From Gemmatimonadota bacterium (lineage in GTDB: Bacteria > Gemmatimonadota > Gemmatimonadetes > Palauibacterales > Palauibacteraceae): a stretch of DNA of 64,000 bases. Where the stretch lies: assembly GCA_965200165.1 (NCBI GenBank), contig OZ241352.1, positions 2,308,756 through 2,372,755 on the forward strand. The letters are read 5' to 3'. The notes below the pieces were generated by a model. The model had not been told where the DNA came from, made no database searches, and saw nothing but the letters and a program-made list of their open reading frames with translations. Shown one piece after another: positions 36,553-45,325 of the stretch; position 1 is the first letter of the stretch, and each line of letters starts with the position of its first letter. A program made the translations under genes and the position numbers.

Positions 36553-37326
36553 ATGAAGAGGTCAGTTGTTCGAATCGGGTTGCCGTTACTGTTTCTGGCA
36601 GGTCCCCTCTCCGTCGAAGGACAGGCGTTCGCGGATTTTTGTCCCGAAGGAGATGAGGAGACACAGGCCGCGGTCGTGGGGTATGTGGTGGACCCGGATG
36701 CCGAGACCATCCTCCCCGGGGCAACGGTGGCTGCGAGCTGGGTCGGCGACGGAATGAGACAGAGAGCAGAGGCGCAGTCAGGACTCGACGGCCTTTATGT
36801 GATCTGCGGGTTGCCGAGGGAAGCGGTCCTTACGCTAAGGGCCACCATGGGTGCTCTTCGGGGCGAGGCGGCCGAGTACATGACCGCGGTGTCGTTGGCG
36901 CAGCAGGATTTGAATCTCTCGTTGACAGCCCCCCAGGAAGATGAAGACGACGTGCGGGCCGAGATCGGCAACCTCAGCGGTGGTTCGGCGGCGGTTCTCA
37001 ACTCCGAGGTCATCCGTGCGGAGGACCTGGTCAATTTTCCGGAGATGAGCGTGTACGATCTCTTGCGGCGCCACAACAAACTGCGGTTTGATCGGCGCTC
37101 GGGTGGAGAGATCATTCTGCTCGCAACGACCAGATCAATGTCGGGTGCGAATATGACAGGGGTCCAGCTGCGGGTCGACGAACGCCGGGAACTAGGTGGT
37201 GTGGACGCTCTCAAGGAGATGTCGATCGACCAGGTCCGGAGGATAGAGATCTTGGATCGGGGTCAGGCTTCCAATCGTTACGGAGGGGACGGCTGGTCTG
37301 GTGCGATCTCCATCACGACTCGATAA
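36553..37326 (+). CDS. secreted carboxypeptidase-regulatory-like domain protein with a TonB-receptor-plug-like C-terminus (no barrel)
   Basis: ORF 36436..37326 with start moved to ATG 36553 behind AGGGAGAAGG. Signal MKRSVVRIGLPLLFLAGPLSVEGQ. VVGYVVDPDAETILPGATVAA..GLYVICGLP. C-terminal IRRIEILDRGQASNRYGGDGWSGAISITTR. Confidence 0.6.
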   Translation: MKRSVVRIGLPLLFLAGPLSVEGQAFADFCPEGDEETQAAVVGYVVDPDAETILPGATVAASWVGDGMRQRAEAQSGLDGLYVICGLPREAVLTLRATMGALRGEAAEYMTAVSLAQQDLNLSLTAPQEDEDDVRAEIGNLSGGSAAVLNSEVIRAEDLVNFPEMSVYDLLRRHNKLRFDRRSGGEIILLATTRSMSGANMTGVQLRVDERRELGGVDALKEMSIDQVRRIEILDRGQASNRYGGDGWSGAISITTR

Positions 37327-38002
37327 CGGCGGGCGGTCTGCCGTTGCGCTGACGCTCTCCGTCGCGCTCCATGTGGCGGTGCTGGCTTGGGCTGCCCTGC
37401 CGGGAGGCGAGGTGGGGCCGGTCGAGGTTGTACCGTTGGATCGGCCGGGCCTTGCATCGGCGGATCAGCAGCCCAGGGAGTTTATAGAGATCGTACAGAT
37501 TCGTCCGCCTGGGCAAATCCCTTCAGGCGGTTCGGGGACTCCAGGAAGTGCCGCAGCTCCGCGTGCTGAAGCCGCCTCCCCCGCGGCTGATAAAGTGTCC
37601 GCTATCGCTTCTACCGCTCCGCCGAGTGTCCCTCTCTCCGCTCCCTTGGCCCAGGGGGTCACCTTGGAACTGGCCCTCGCACAGCTTTCGCCCGTGGCCG
37701 TCCCACCGATGGCGGAGATTGTCGGGGTAGGATCTGACGCCACGGCCCGGCCCAACCGCGGGATCCTTCACGCCGACCCCACCGAGCCCGAAAAACGGCC
37801 CCTTCGATCTCCCACGAGCGCCTGGGGAGCCGGGGACATGGGGGCTCTTTCCGGCGGATTAGGTGGCGGAATAGGTGGAGGAACATCGAGGGGGCCCGGA
37901 ACCGATTGCATTACAGCGGGTTCATTCCCCAGAGGCAAAGGCGGAATCGGCGGCCTGATCGGTACTGGACGGGGGAGCGGACGTCCGCACCGGGGCTGGT
38001 AG
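37301..38002 (+). CDS. hypothetical Pro/Ala/Gly-rich protein with TonB-like N-terminal anchor; coding status uncertain
   Basis: GTG start. AVALTLSVALHVAVLAWAAL resembles the TonB N-terminal helix, followed by a Pro-rich spacer. No recognisable TonB C-terminal domain. The Gly-rich tail may be non-coding noise. Confidence 0.3.
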   Translation: MRSPSRLDNGGRSAVALTLSVALHVAVLAWAALPGGEVGPVEVVPLDRPGLASADQQPREFIEIVQIRPPGQIPSGGSGTPGSAAAPRAEAASPAADKVSAIASTAPPSVPLSAPLAQGVTLELALAQLSPVAVPPMAEIVGVGSDATARPNRGILHADPTEPEKRPLRSPTSAWGAGDMGALSGGLGGGIGGGTSRGPGTDCITAGSFPRGKGGIGGLIGTGRGSGRPHRGW

Positions 38003-38052
38003 ACGCCGTCTAGCACAGCCACACCATCAACACCGGAGCTCTCCACGGGCTG

Positions 38053-40461
38053 TTGGTCGCCCTCTCGCTCTTGGTAGGTACCCCGCACGACTACACAGGT
38101 GTGGGTGAAGTCGTTATCGGTGAGCGCCTGACGGCGACGGGCCAATCGAACCTGGGCGCCGCCCTCAGCGAACTCGACCCCGCATCGTACAACCCTTCCC
38201 GCCAACTCCTCCTTGAATCGAGCATCCGACCCTACCAGAGGCGTGGCCTCGGCGTGGAACACACAGTGGTGATGGTCAATGGAGTGCGCCGCCATTCGTC
38301 GGCCGCTGTCCAGACAGGACGTGCGACCGCCTTCCCCGGTGGCAGCGGCGTCGACCTGAGGTCGATTCCCTTGGCAGCTGTTGCCGGTGTTGTCGTTGAC
38401 GATGGCTGGAGATCAACGAGGACTGCGGGTGGTGCCGGCGGCACATTGGACGTGCGGCTCCGGAGTGAGGTTACACGCCCCGAATTCGGGGTGACACTCG
38501 GCAGTCATGCTCCCTCCCACTGGCCGTCGGACGGTCGCAGGTACGACTTATCGGGCCACTGGGGATTGGGACTGGGCGAGCATGGCACCATCAACTTGAC
38601 CATCGCGCATGGCCAGCGGGGTGCCACCAATCGGGCTGCGCCCGATCCGCGCGATCAGATAACGCCGTTCGACGCCGATTCAGTTGCTCGGGGAGAGGTT
38701 ATCCGCAAGGTGAACCAGGTACCTCAACCCAATCATCAATGGGGCGAGGGGGCTGGAAACAACAGCGGGATATTCGTGAATGTGGGATATCCTCTCGGTG
38801 AGGAGGTTGGAGGGGCAGAACTTTATGGGTTCGGTGGGTACGGCCACAGGCTCGAACAGATCGCTGGCCTGCGGAACAGGGGGCTCGATGTAGACAACTG
38901 GCCGCAGCTGTACCCCGAGGGGAACCTGCCCCAGCTGGACGCAGTGTTGAAGGACGCGTCGTGGGTGACCGGGGTGCGGTGGGGTTCGGAAGACTCCACT
39001 CGGTGGGACGGGAGCGTTAGATACGGCGAGAGCCGGGTCGGAACCGACCTTTTCAACACCCAGAATCCTTCGCTTGGGCCATGCCTTGAGGTAGCGTGCG
39101 CGCCGGGACTCGACCGCCTGTTCGGGACGTCAGATGACCCTGGGATACCTAACAAGCGCCGATTCTCGGCTGGCTCTCTGGGCCGGTCAGAGTTGGGATT
39201 GTCCGCTGAGGTTATCCACCCGTTGACGGTCCCACTGGCTCGGATCCCAGCCGTGTTGGCCGTGGGCGTCGAGCTTCGTCGGGAGGGCTACCGGATTGGG
39301 GCCGGGGATTCGGAGTCGTGGCTCAATGGATACCATCCGAATCAAGTTGGTGGGGTGAACACGGTCGGTTCGTCGTTGATGGCCGGATTCCGTGCGAGCG
39401 AGGCGGGAAGCTGGAGCAGGTTTGGGGCCGGGCTATTCGCTGAGTTGGGTGCCGAGGTTGCCGAGGGCGTGCGTTCTTCGTTCGGTGGACGTATCGAGCA
39501 TACGCCTGGTTTAGGGCTCGCCGTTGCTGGAGCCCTGACGTTCGAGGCAACGGTGGCCGAGGGATTCGATTTTCGCGGAGCTGCCTCAACTGGTTTCCGG
39601 ACGCCCTCGCTGAGCGAATCCCACTATGGGCATATCCGGGAGAGCTTGGTCGCAGGTCCCCAAGGTGGCGAGGGCACGCAGTCGGTGATCGAAACGGGGA
39701 TCTTTCCGGTCGGGAATGCTGGCGCCCGCGCCCTCGGTGCCGTGGATCTACGCCGAGAGCGAATGAATTCCCTGCGAGGCGCCCTTGTCTTGGTACCCCA
39801 CGAGGGACTGGAGATGTCTTTCGGTGTCTGGTATACGATGGTGAACGATATGGTGGTGCTCTCGGAGGAGATCCCGTCCCCAGTTTCCGGAGATCTGGTA
39901 CGCACCTTCTTCAATGCCCTGGACGTAGAGACGTACGGTGCCGATGTGGCGTTCGCGTGGCAGCGTGCATGGTCGGAATCCGCTCGTGCCGAGGTGGGAG
40001 TTACTTGGACTTGGAACCGCGTCGACGTCCGCTGCATATCCGGCGACCTCAACAGATGCGTCTCGCAGGAGCTGTCAGCTGTCGGGGGTATCGTGGACCC
40101 GAAACGTGTTTTTTTTGCCGAAGAGGGGCGGCCGGATTGGCGGGGACGCGCCCATGGCCGGCTAACGCTGGGCCGGTTTCAGAGCGAAATAGCGTTCAAC
40201 GGGTTCGGGGAGCAGGAAGAATTGATTTGGCTTGGGGCGAACGGGCTGCCGGAGGTTGTGCGCAGCTTCGGATCTCGAACGTTGATCGACCTTACGGCTT
40301 CTCTGGAGATCGGGAGTCGTTGGCGGCTGACGGTCGGGGCGGAAAACGTCTTTGACATCTTCCCGCCCCGCTCGGACGGCATATTCCCCTATCGCGATAG
40401 CTCGGCTTCGGGGTTCACCGGGCGATTCGTATACGCCCGGATCGATTCGTCCTTCTTCTGA
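38053..40461 (+). CDS. TonB-dependent receptor (plug plus 22-strand-type barrel), no recognisable signal peptide, possibly 5'-truncated
   Basis: TTG start. In-frame TAG at 38011 limits any upstream extension. Plug pattern VVIGERLTATGQSNLGAALSELDP..VMVNGVRR..DLRSIPLAAVAGVVV..AGGTLDVRLRS. Barrel ends GFTGRFVYARIDSSFF (terminal Phe). Confidence 0.65.
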   Translation: MVALSLLVGTPHDYTGVGEVVIGERLTATGQSNLGAALSELDPASYNPSRQLLLESSIRPYQRRGLGVEHTVVMVNGVRRHSSAAVQTGRATAFPGGSGVDLRSIPLAAVAGVVVDDGWRSTRTAGGAGGTLDVRLRSEVTRPEFGVTLGSHAPSHWPSDGRRYDLSGHWGLGLGEHGTINLTIAHGQRGATNRAAPDPRDQITPFDADSVARGEVIRKVNQVPQPNHQWGEGAGNNSGIFVNVGYPLGEEVGGAELYGFGGYGHRLEQIAGLRNRGLDVDNWPQLYPEGNLPQLDAVLKDASWVTGVRWGSEDSTRWDGSVRYGESRVGTDLFNTQNPSLGPCLEVACAPGLDRLFGTSDDPGIPNKRRFSAGSLGRSELGLSAEVIHPLTVPLARIPAVLAVGVELRREGYRIGAGDSESWLNGYHPNQVGGVNTVGSSLMAGFRASEAGSWSRFGAGLFAELGAEVAEGVRSSFGGRIEHTPGLGLAVAGALTFEATVAEGFDFRGAASTGFRTPSLSESHYGHIRESLVAGPQGGEGTQSVIETGIFPVGNAGARALGAVDLRRERMNSLRGALVLVPHEGLEMSFGVWYTMVNDMVVLSEEIPSPVSGDLVRTFFNALDVETYGADVAFAWQRAWSESARAEVGVTWTWNRVDVRCISGDLNRCVSQELSAVGGIVDPKRVFFAEEGRPDWRGRAHGRLTLGRFQSEIAFNGFGEQEELIWLGANGLPEVVRSFGSRTLIDLTASLEIGSRWRLTVGAENVFDIFPPRSDGIFPYRDSSASGFTGRFVYARIDSSFF

Positions 40462-40463
40462 GG

Positions 40464-41663
40464 TTACATGCCCGAGCCCGGCCACGGCGGACCCTGGTGC
40501 TCGGCCTCCACCGGTCCCAGGCCACGATACACGAACTTCTGAACGCGCTTCCCTTCGTAGGTCTCCGTAGTGTAGATGTTGCCCCCGGAGTCCGTGGCGA
40601 TGCTGTGGACCGCAAAGAACTGGCCCGGTTGGCGACCGCCGTCCCCGAAGCTCGTAAGGACCTCCAGTGAGGCGCGGTCCATGATGTAGACCCGCATGTT
40701 CTTTCCGTCCGCCACGTACATGTACTGCTGATCGGCGTCCCGAGAGAACGCGATGTCCCAGGTCGACCCGTCGCCGAGCGTGCGGGGGGCGATGCGGACT
40801 TCGTCCACATAGGTCCCATCTCGCTGGAAAACTTGGATCCGGTCATTGGGGCGGTCACACACGTAGACCATCCCGTCGTGAGACGGCTCGGCGCAGTGTA
40901 CCGGCGTGCGGAACTGCTGAATGAGGGGGGCATCCGGGTCGTATGGCGGCGTGGGAGTGTCGTCCGGGGCGTTTCCGTAGGCTCCCCAGAACCTCTTAAA
41001 GGCGCCCGTCGAGGCGTCCAGGACCGCAACTCGGCGACCACCATATCCATCGGCGAGATATGCCTCATTCATCTCCGCATCAAAGGAGATTTTGGCGACC
41101 CGATTGAAACGGATCTCGCTATGGCTGTCGGCCCCGGGACCGGCGAGCGGCTCCCCGTAGGATGCTAGGAACTCCCCATCCCGCGAGAACTTAAGGATGT
41201 GCGTGTCGTTGGGACCGTTACCACCGATCCAGATGTTGTCCATGTGGTCGACGGTGATCCCGTGATTCGACGCTGGCCATTCGTACTCTTCGCTGGGCCC
41301 TCCCCAGGAGTTGACGAGATTGCCGTCTGGGTCGAACTCGAGAACCGGCGGGGCCGCGCGGCAGCATTCCCCAATCGGAGGATCGGCATCGGCACCGCCT
41401 TCGGTGCGTTCGGTCAGATTGCCCCTGTGCACGATGAAAACGTGGTCACGGGAGTCTACGCCTACGCCAATCGCAGATCCGAGCACCCAGTGGTCCGGAA
41501 GTGGCTGGGGCCAAAACGGATCGACCTCGAAACGAGGGGCTTGGGTTTGTCCACCCTCCCCACCTGCGTCAGAGTTGGCGTTTGCAGTGCCCTGACAGGC
41601 GACGAAGATCGAAGTTGTTGCTGCGCCGAGCGCTATGGAGGCAACGGCCTTTCGGATAGACAC
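40464..41663 (-). CDS. NHL-repeat six-bladed beta-propeller lipoprotein (peptidyl-alpha-hydroxyglycine amidating lyase-like)
   Basis: Lipobox IFVACQG. Blades VDSRDHVFIVHRG, DNIWIGGNGPNDTHILKFSRDGEF, NEAYLADGYGGRRVAVLD, MVYVCDRPNDRIQVFQRDGTY, YMYVADGKNMRVYIMD, GGNIYTTETYEGKRVQKF. Confidence 0.8.
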   Translation of the reverse strand: MSIRKAVASIALGAATTSIFVACQGTANANSDAGGEGGQTQAPRFEVDPFWPQPLPDHWVLGSAIGVGVDSRDHVFIVHRGNLTERTEGGADADPPIGECCRAAPPVLEFDPDGNLVNSWGGPSEEYEWPASNHGITVDHMDNIWIGGNGPNDTHILKFSRDGEFLASYGEPLAGPGADSHSEIRFNRVAKISFDAEMNEAYLADGYGGRRVAVLDASTGAFKRFWGAYGNAPDDTPTPPYDPDAPLIQQFRTPVHCAEPSHDGMVYVCDRPNDRIQVFQRDGTYVDEVRIAPRTLGDGSTWDIAFSRDADQQYMYVADGKNMRVYIMDRASLEVLTSFGDGGRQPGQFFAVHSIATDSGGNIYTTETYEGKRVQKFVYRGLGPVEAEHQGPPWPGSGM

Positions 41664-41929
41664 GAGTTTCTCCTTCCACGGACGGAAACCTATTCGTTAG
41701 CCAGCTTCTCAGATTAACCCTGACTATCCTCGTTAGTCCAGACTTTCGGCGGTGTCGGGGTGAAATCCGAGGGAGGTGCCGAGAGAGGGTGCCGACGGCG
41801 GATGCGAAGTGACATTGTTATGTCGACGGTGGCCGCCGCTGGATAGGGCGGTGCCGGCAGCCGGGCGAATTTTCGGAGGAGACCCGGTTGGCACCTACGC
41901 CAATACACCCACGCCAATAAAGGAGAGTG

Positions 41930-43312
41930 ATGGGCATCATGACCTTCCGGCGGGCCTTGTGTCTGGCAATCGTAGTGCTGGGGACGAGTGTGTTCGTCAC
42001 GACGAAGCTGGCCGCACCTGAAGGGGCGGAGCACGATTCCCCCGCTGTGGCCGCTCCCCACGATATCCCCGCCGACGTGACTGTCCGCGTGTTTGTCAGA
42101 CCGGTCGATACCCAGCTTCACATGCTTATACGAGTCCCCTTGGAGGCAATGCGGGACGTGGATTTCCCCCAGTATGGGCGCGGTTATCTGGACTTGGATG
42201 CAGCCGGTCCCTTCCTTAGGGACGCTGCGCAACTCTGGCTTGCCGACTATGTCGAAGTATTCGAAGAGGATCGCCGGTTGGCGGTTCCCGAGATACGCCA
42301 GGTCCGCGTCTCCCTGCCTTCCGATCGCTCCTTCCGTTCCTACGAAACCGCCGAAGCGCACTTCACCGACCCCGGATTGGATCCGAACCTTGATCTTCCG
42401 TGGCGACAGGCCCTACTCGACGTGTGGCTTGTGTACGACATTGAATCGGAAGAGTCGCGCTTCTCGATGAACCCGGGATTCGCTCACCTTGGCCTACGCA
42501 CCGTCTCCGTCCTGCGTCTCTTGGCACCCGACCGACCGGAGAGAGTGTTCCAGTACCTGGGTGACCCGGGGCTCGTTCGGCTGGATCCTCGATGGCACCA
42601 GGCCGTCCTCCGCTTCGCGATCCTCGGGTTCGAGCACATCCTGGACGGGATCGATCACATCCTCTTCCTCCTATGTCTTCTCATCCCGTTGCGCCGAATC
42701 TGGGCAGTTGTACCGGTGGTCACGTCGTTCACGGTCGCTCACTCTATCACTCTGATCGCCTCCGCCTTCGGATTCGCTCCGCGCGCTCTGTGGTTCCCGG
42801 CACTCATCGAGACTCTGATCGCGCTGTCCATCGTCTTTATGGCCGTCGAAAACATCATCGGTCATCGGCCCCGGCGGCGGTGGGCGGTGGCTTTCGGATT
42901 TGGCCTCGCGCATGGGTTCGGGTTCTCTTTTGTCCTCGCGGAGACGCTGCAGTTTGCGGGTTCGCACCTGGTCGCTTCGCTGTTGGCGTTCAATGTGGGT
43001 GTGGAGATTGGGCAGTTGGTCATTGTCGTCATTGCGATGCCGTTGCTGGGCTGGATCTTCCGCGTGTGGGACGTGGGGCGGGTCGGAACTATCATCCTCT
43101 CGGTCTTGATCGGGCACACCGGCTGGCACTGGATGACCGACAGGGGATCGGAGCTGCTCGCGTATGACTTTAGTTGGCCCCCGACCAGCGGAGAATTGTG
43201 GAGCACCGTGACGCGATGGGGACTCCTGCTGCTCCTGGTCTTGGGAATGGGGTTCGCCCTCGAACGCGGGTTTCGGTACCTCTCCTCCCGACGTCAAGGA
43301 AGTCAAGAATGA
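41930..43312 (+). CDS. HupE/UreJ-family membrane protein (putative Ni/Co transporter) with ~200-aa N-terminal exported domain
   Basis: AAGGAGAG SD at 41920..41927, with GTG 41927, ATG 41930 and ATG 41939 as possible starts. Signal peptide. GFEHILDGIDHILFLLCLLIP is the HupE signature (HxxxGxDH). Six further TM helices. Confidence 0.8.
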   Translation: MGIMTFRRALCLAIVVLGTSVFVTTKLAAPEGAEHDSPAVAAPHDIPADVTVRVFVRPVDTQLHMLIRVPLEAMRDVDFPQYGRGYLDLDAAGPFLRDAAQLWLADYVEVFEEDRRLAVPEIRQVRVSLPSDRSFRSYETAEAHFTDPGLDPNLDLPWRQALLDVWLVYDIESEESRFSMNPGFAHLGLRTVSVLRLLAPDRPERVFQYLGDPGLVRLDPRWHQAVLRFAILGFEHILDGIDHILFLLCLLIPLRRIWAVVPVVTSFTVAHSITLIASAFGFAPRALWFPALIETLIALSIVFMAVENIIGHRPRRRWAVAFGFGLAHGFGFSFVLAETLQFAGSHLVASLLAFNVGVEIGQLVIVVIAMPLLGWIFRVWDVGRVGTIILSVLIGHTGWHWMTDRGSELLAYDFSWPPTSGELWSTVTRWGLLLLLVLGMGFALERGFRYLSSRRQGSQE

Positions 43313-43440
43313 CGTATCGACTGCGGGGAGATGACAGGTTTGGGGGAGTGTGCGTCTGGCGGAGGGACGCCACAAAACAGAATTTGCCAAGGGGTGGAGG
43401 CAACGACACGACTGCGAGCTATAACGAGAGGAGAGGCGGC

Positions 43441-44508
43441 ATGTTGAAACCAGGAATCGCGAAGAACGGCCCCGACGGAGGGACGCTGCTGGGGAGAGTG
43501 CTGTTGTTATGCGGAGTCGGCCTTGTTGGAACCGGGTTGGTTACCCCCGGTCCGGTCGGTGCTCAGTTGACGGCCCCCAATCCGTACCGTGCTGCCGATG
43601 GATGGGGCGATCTCCCGGAGGGCCGGTCCTGGGGGGCGACCAGTGCCGTTTTCCCGACACCCGGTGGGGAGATGATCTGGGTGGGCGAGCGCTGCGGGGC
43701 GAACGTCTGCGTGGGCAGCAACGATGACCCGGTGCTTCTGTTTGATTTGGAAGGAAACTTGGTGCGCAGCTTCGGGGCGGGCCTGATCGCATGGCCCCAC
43801 GGCATGTTCGTGGAGCCGGACGGAAGCGTGTGGCTCGCCGATGCGACGGGGTTCGCTGCCGTGCCCGAAGGATGGGGGCACGTCGTTTACAAGTTCAGCC
43901 CCGAGGGCGAGGTCTTGATGACCCTCGGCGAGCGCGGCGTGGCCGGGGGTGGAGAGACTCACTTCACCAAACCGTCAGATGTTCTAGTGGCACCCGACGG
44001 GAGCATCTTCGTGGCCGATGGGCATGATGCGGGCGGCAACAACCGGATTGTGAAATTCGACGGCGATGGGACGTATCTCATGGAGTGGGGCCAGACAGGA
44101 ACGGCAAATGGCGAGTTCAGGGATCCGCATGCATTGGCAATGGATTCCCAGGGACGCCTTTTCGTGGGGGACCGTGCGAATAGCCGGATACAGATCTTTG
44201 ACCAGGAGGGCAACCACCTCGAGACCTGGCACCAATTCGGCCGCCCGAGCGGCCTCTACATTGACGAAAACGATGTCCTTTATGCGACCGATTCGGAATC
44301 GAATGCGGGAAGGAACAAGGGGTGGCTGCGAGGGATTTACATCGGCGATGCGCGGACCGGTTGGGTGACTCACTTCATCCCCGACCCGGAGCCGGACCCG
44401 GACTCGTCTGGTACGAGCGGGGCTGAGGGCATCGCCGTAGACCGGCACGGGCACATCTATGGAGCTGAGGTAGGGCCCCGGCAGATGCGGAAATACGTCA
44501 AGCGCTAG
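43441..44508 (+). CDS. NHL-repeat beta-propeller protein (amidating-lyase-like), exported; paralogue-like to 40464..41663
   Basis: ORF 43174..44508 with start moved to ATG 43441 behind GAGAGGAGAGG. Signal LLLCGVGLVGTGLV. Blades GSVWLADATG, GSIFVADGHDAGGNNRIVKFDGDGTY, GRLFVGDRANSRIQIFDQEGNH, DVLYATDSES, GHIYGAEVGPRQMRKY. Confidence 0.8.
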   Translation: MLKPGIAKNGPDGGTLLGRVLLLCGVGLVGTGLVTPGPVGAQLTAPNPYRAADGWGDLPEGRSWGATSAVFPTPGGEMIWVGERCGANVCVGSNDDPVLLFDLEGNLVRSFGAGLIAWPHGMFVEPDGSVWLADATGFAAVPEGWGHVVYKFSPEGEVLMTLGERGVAGGGETHFTKPSDVLVAPDGSIFVADGHDAGGNNRIVKFDGDGTYLMEWGQTGTANGEFRDPHALAMDSQGRLFVGDRANSRIQIFDQEGNHLETWHQFGRPSGLYIDENDVLYATDSESNAGRNKGWLRGIYIGDARTGWVTHFIPDPEPDPDSSGTSGAEGIAVDRHGHIYGAEVGPRQMRKYVKR

Positions 44509-44530
44509 CAGTACCGTAGACAGCGAAACT

Positions 44531-44551
44531 CCGGGGCCAACGAAGCCCCGG
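44531..44551 (+). terminator. GC-rich hairpin between the NHL gene and the endostatin-like gene (terminator-like, no U-tract)
   Basis: CCGGGGC-CAACGAA-GCCCCGG: perfect 7-bp stem and 7-nt loop, 23 nt after the stop at 44508. No T run follows, so terminator function is uncertain. Confidence 0.25.
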
Positions 44552-44610
44552 GGACAACGATGACAACCCTGGAACACTTACGGAACCCGAAACAGCGGAG
44601 GTCTGGGAAC

Positions 44611-45300
44611 ATGCGAAGAACGATGGGAATGTCGGCCCTGGTGCTGGCAATGATAGGGGTCGCTGGACCGGCGGTTAGCCCGGCGAGTGCCCAAGACGAG
44701 AGGACTAGTTTCTTCATTACGAGTTCCAATCCCGGGGACGGCGCCGATCTCGGAGGGCTCGATGGGGCCGACGCGTTTTGCGAAAATCTGGCTATGGCGG
44801 CCGATCTTCCGGAAAGGACCTGGCGCGCCTACTTGAGCACCACGGGAGAGGGCGGCGTGAACGCCCGTGACCGCATCGGGCCGGGGCCGTGGTACAACAC
44901 CGAAGGCACTCTCATCGCGAGAGACGTGGACCACCTCCACAGCAACGGCCCTAACCTCACCAAGGCGACGATCCTCACGGAGACAGGAACCCCCGTGAAC
45001 GGCCGCGGAGACACTCCTAACCAGCACGACATCCTCACCGGATCCCTAATGAACGGGATGGCCTCGGCCGACGAAGGCGACACTACCTGCAGCAACTGGA
45101 CGTCCAGCGGGGAGGGGAGCGCGCTGGTGGGTCACCATGATCGCATCGGCGGCGGTCAGAATCCCACCTCCTGGAATCAGGCCCACGGATCGCGGGGTTG
45201 CAGCTTGGCAGATCTCAGGGGTACGGGTGGAGACGGTCGTTTCTACTGTTTTGCCGTCGACGGTCCCGGTGAGAACTCGCTCCGCGATCGGAGACGCTGA
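44611..45300 (+). CDS. secreted endostatin-like / DUF1554-like (C-type-lectin-fold) protein
   Basis: ORF 44560..45300 with start moved to ATG 44611 (MRRTMGMSALVLAMIGVAGPAVSPASAQ). By eye it aligns to collagen XVIII endostatin: GLDGADAFC..TWRAYLST versus GIRGADFQC..TFRAFLSS, ILTGSLMNG versus VWHGSDPNG, TCSNWTS versus YCETWRT, GC..RFYCFAV versus SC..YIVLCIE. All four Cys are conserved. Confidence 0.55.
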   Translation: MRRTMGMSALVLAMIGVAGPAVSPASAQDERTSFFITSSNPGDGADLGGLDGADAFCENLAMAADLPERTWRAYLSTTGEGGVNARDRIGPGPWYNTEGTLIARDVDHLHSNGPNLTKATILTETGTPVNGRGDTPNQHDILTGSLMNGMASADEGDTTCSNWTSSGEGSALVGHHDRIGGGQNPTSWNQAHGSRGCSLADLRGTGGDGRFYCFAVDGPGENSLRDRRR

Positions 45301-45325
45301 CACGGCAGATCAGGCCCTCTAATCA

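Noticed and set aside
37768-38295. 175-aa minus-strand ORF spanning the gap before the TonB receptor gene
   Set aside because: The translation is Arg/Pro/Gly-rich and it overlaps the receptor plug-coding region. There is no motif support.
41714-43390. Minus-strand ORFs 41714..42361 and 42671..43390 overlapping the HupE-like gene
   Set aside because: Shadow frames with low-complexity Arg/Pro-rich translations. The + strand product has the HupE signature and TM helices.
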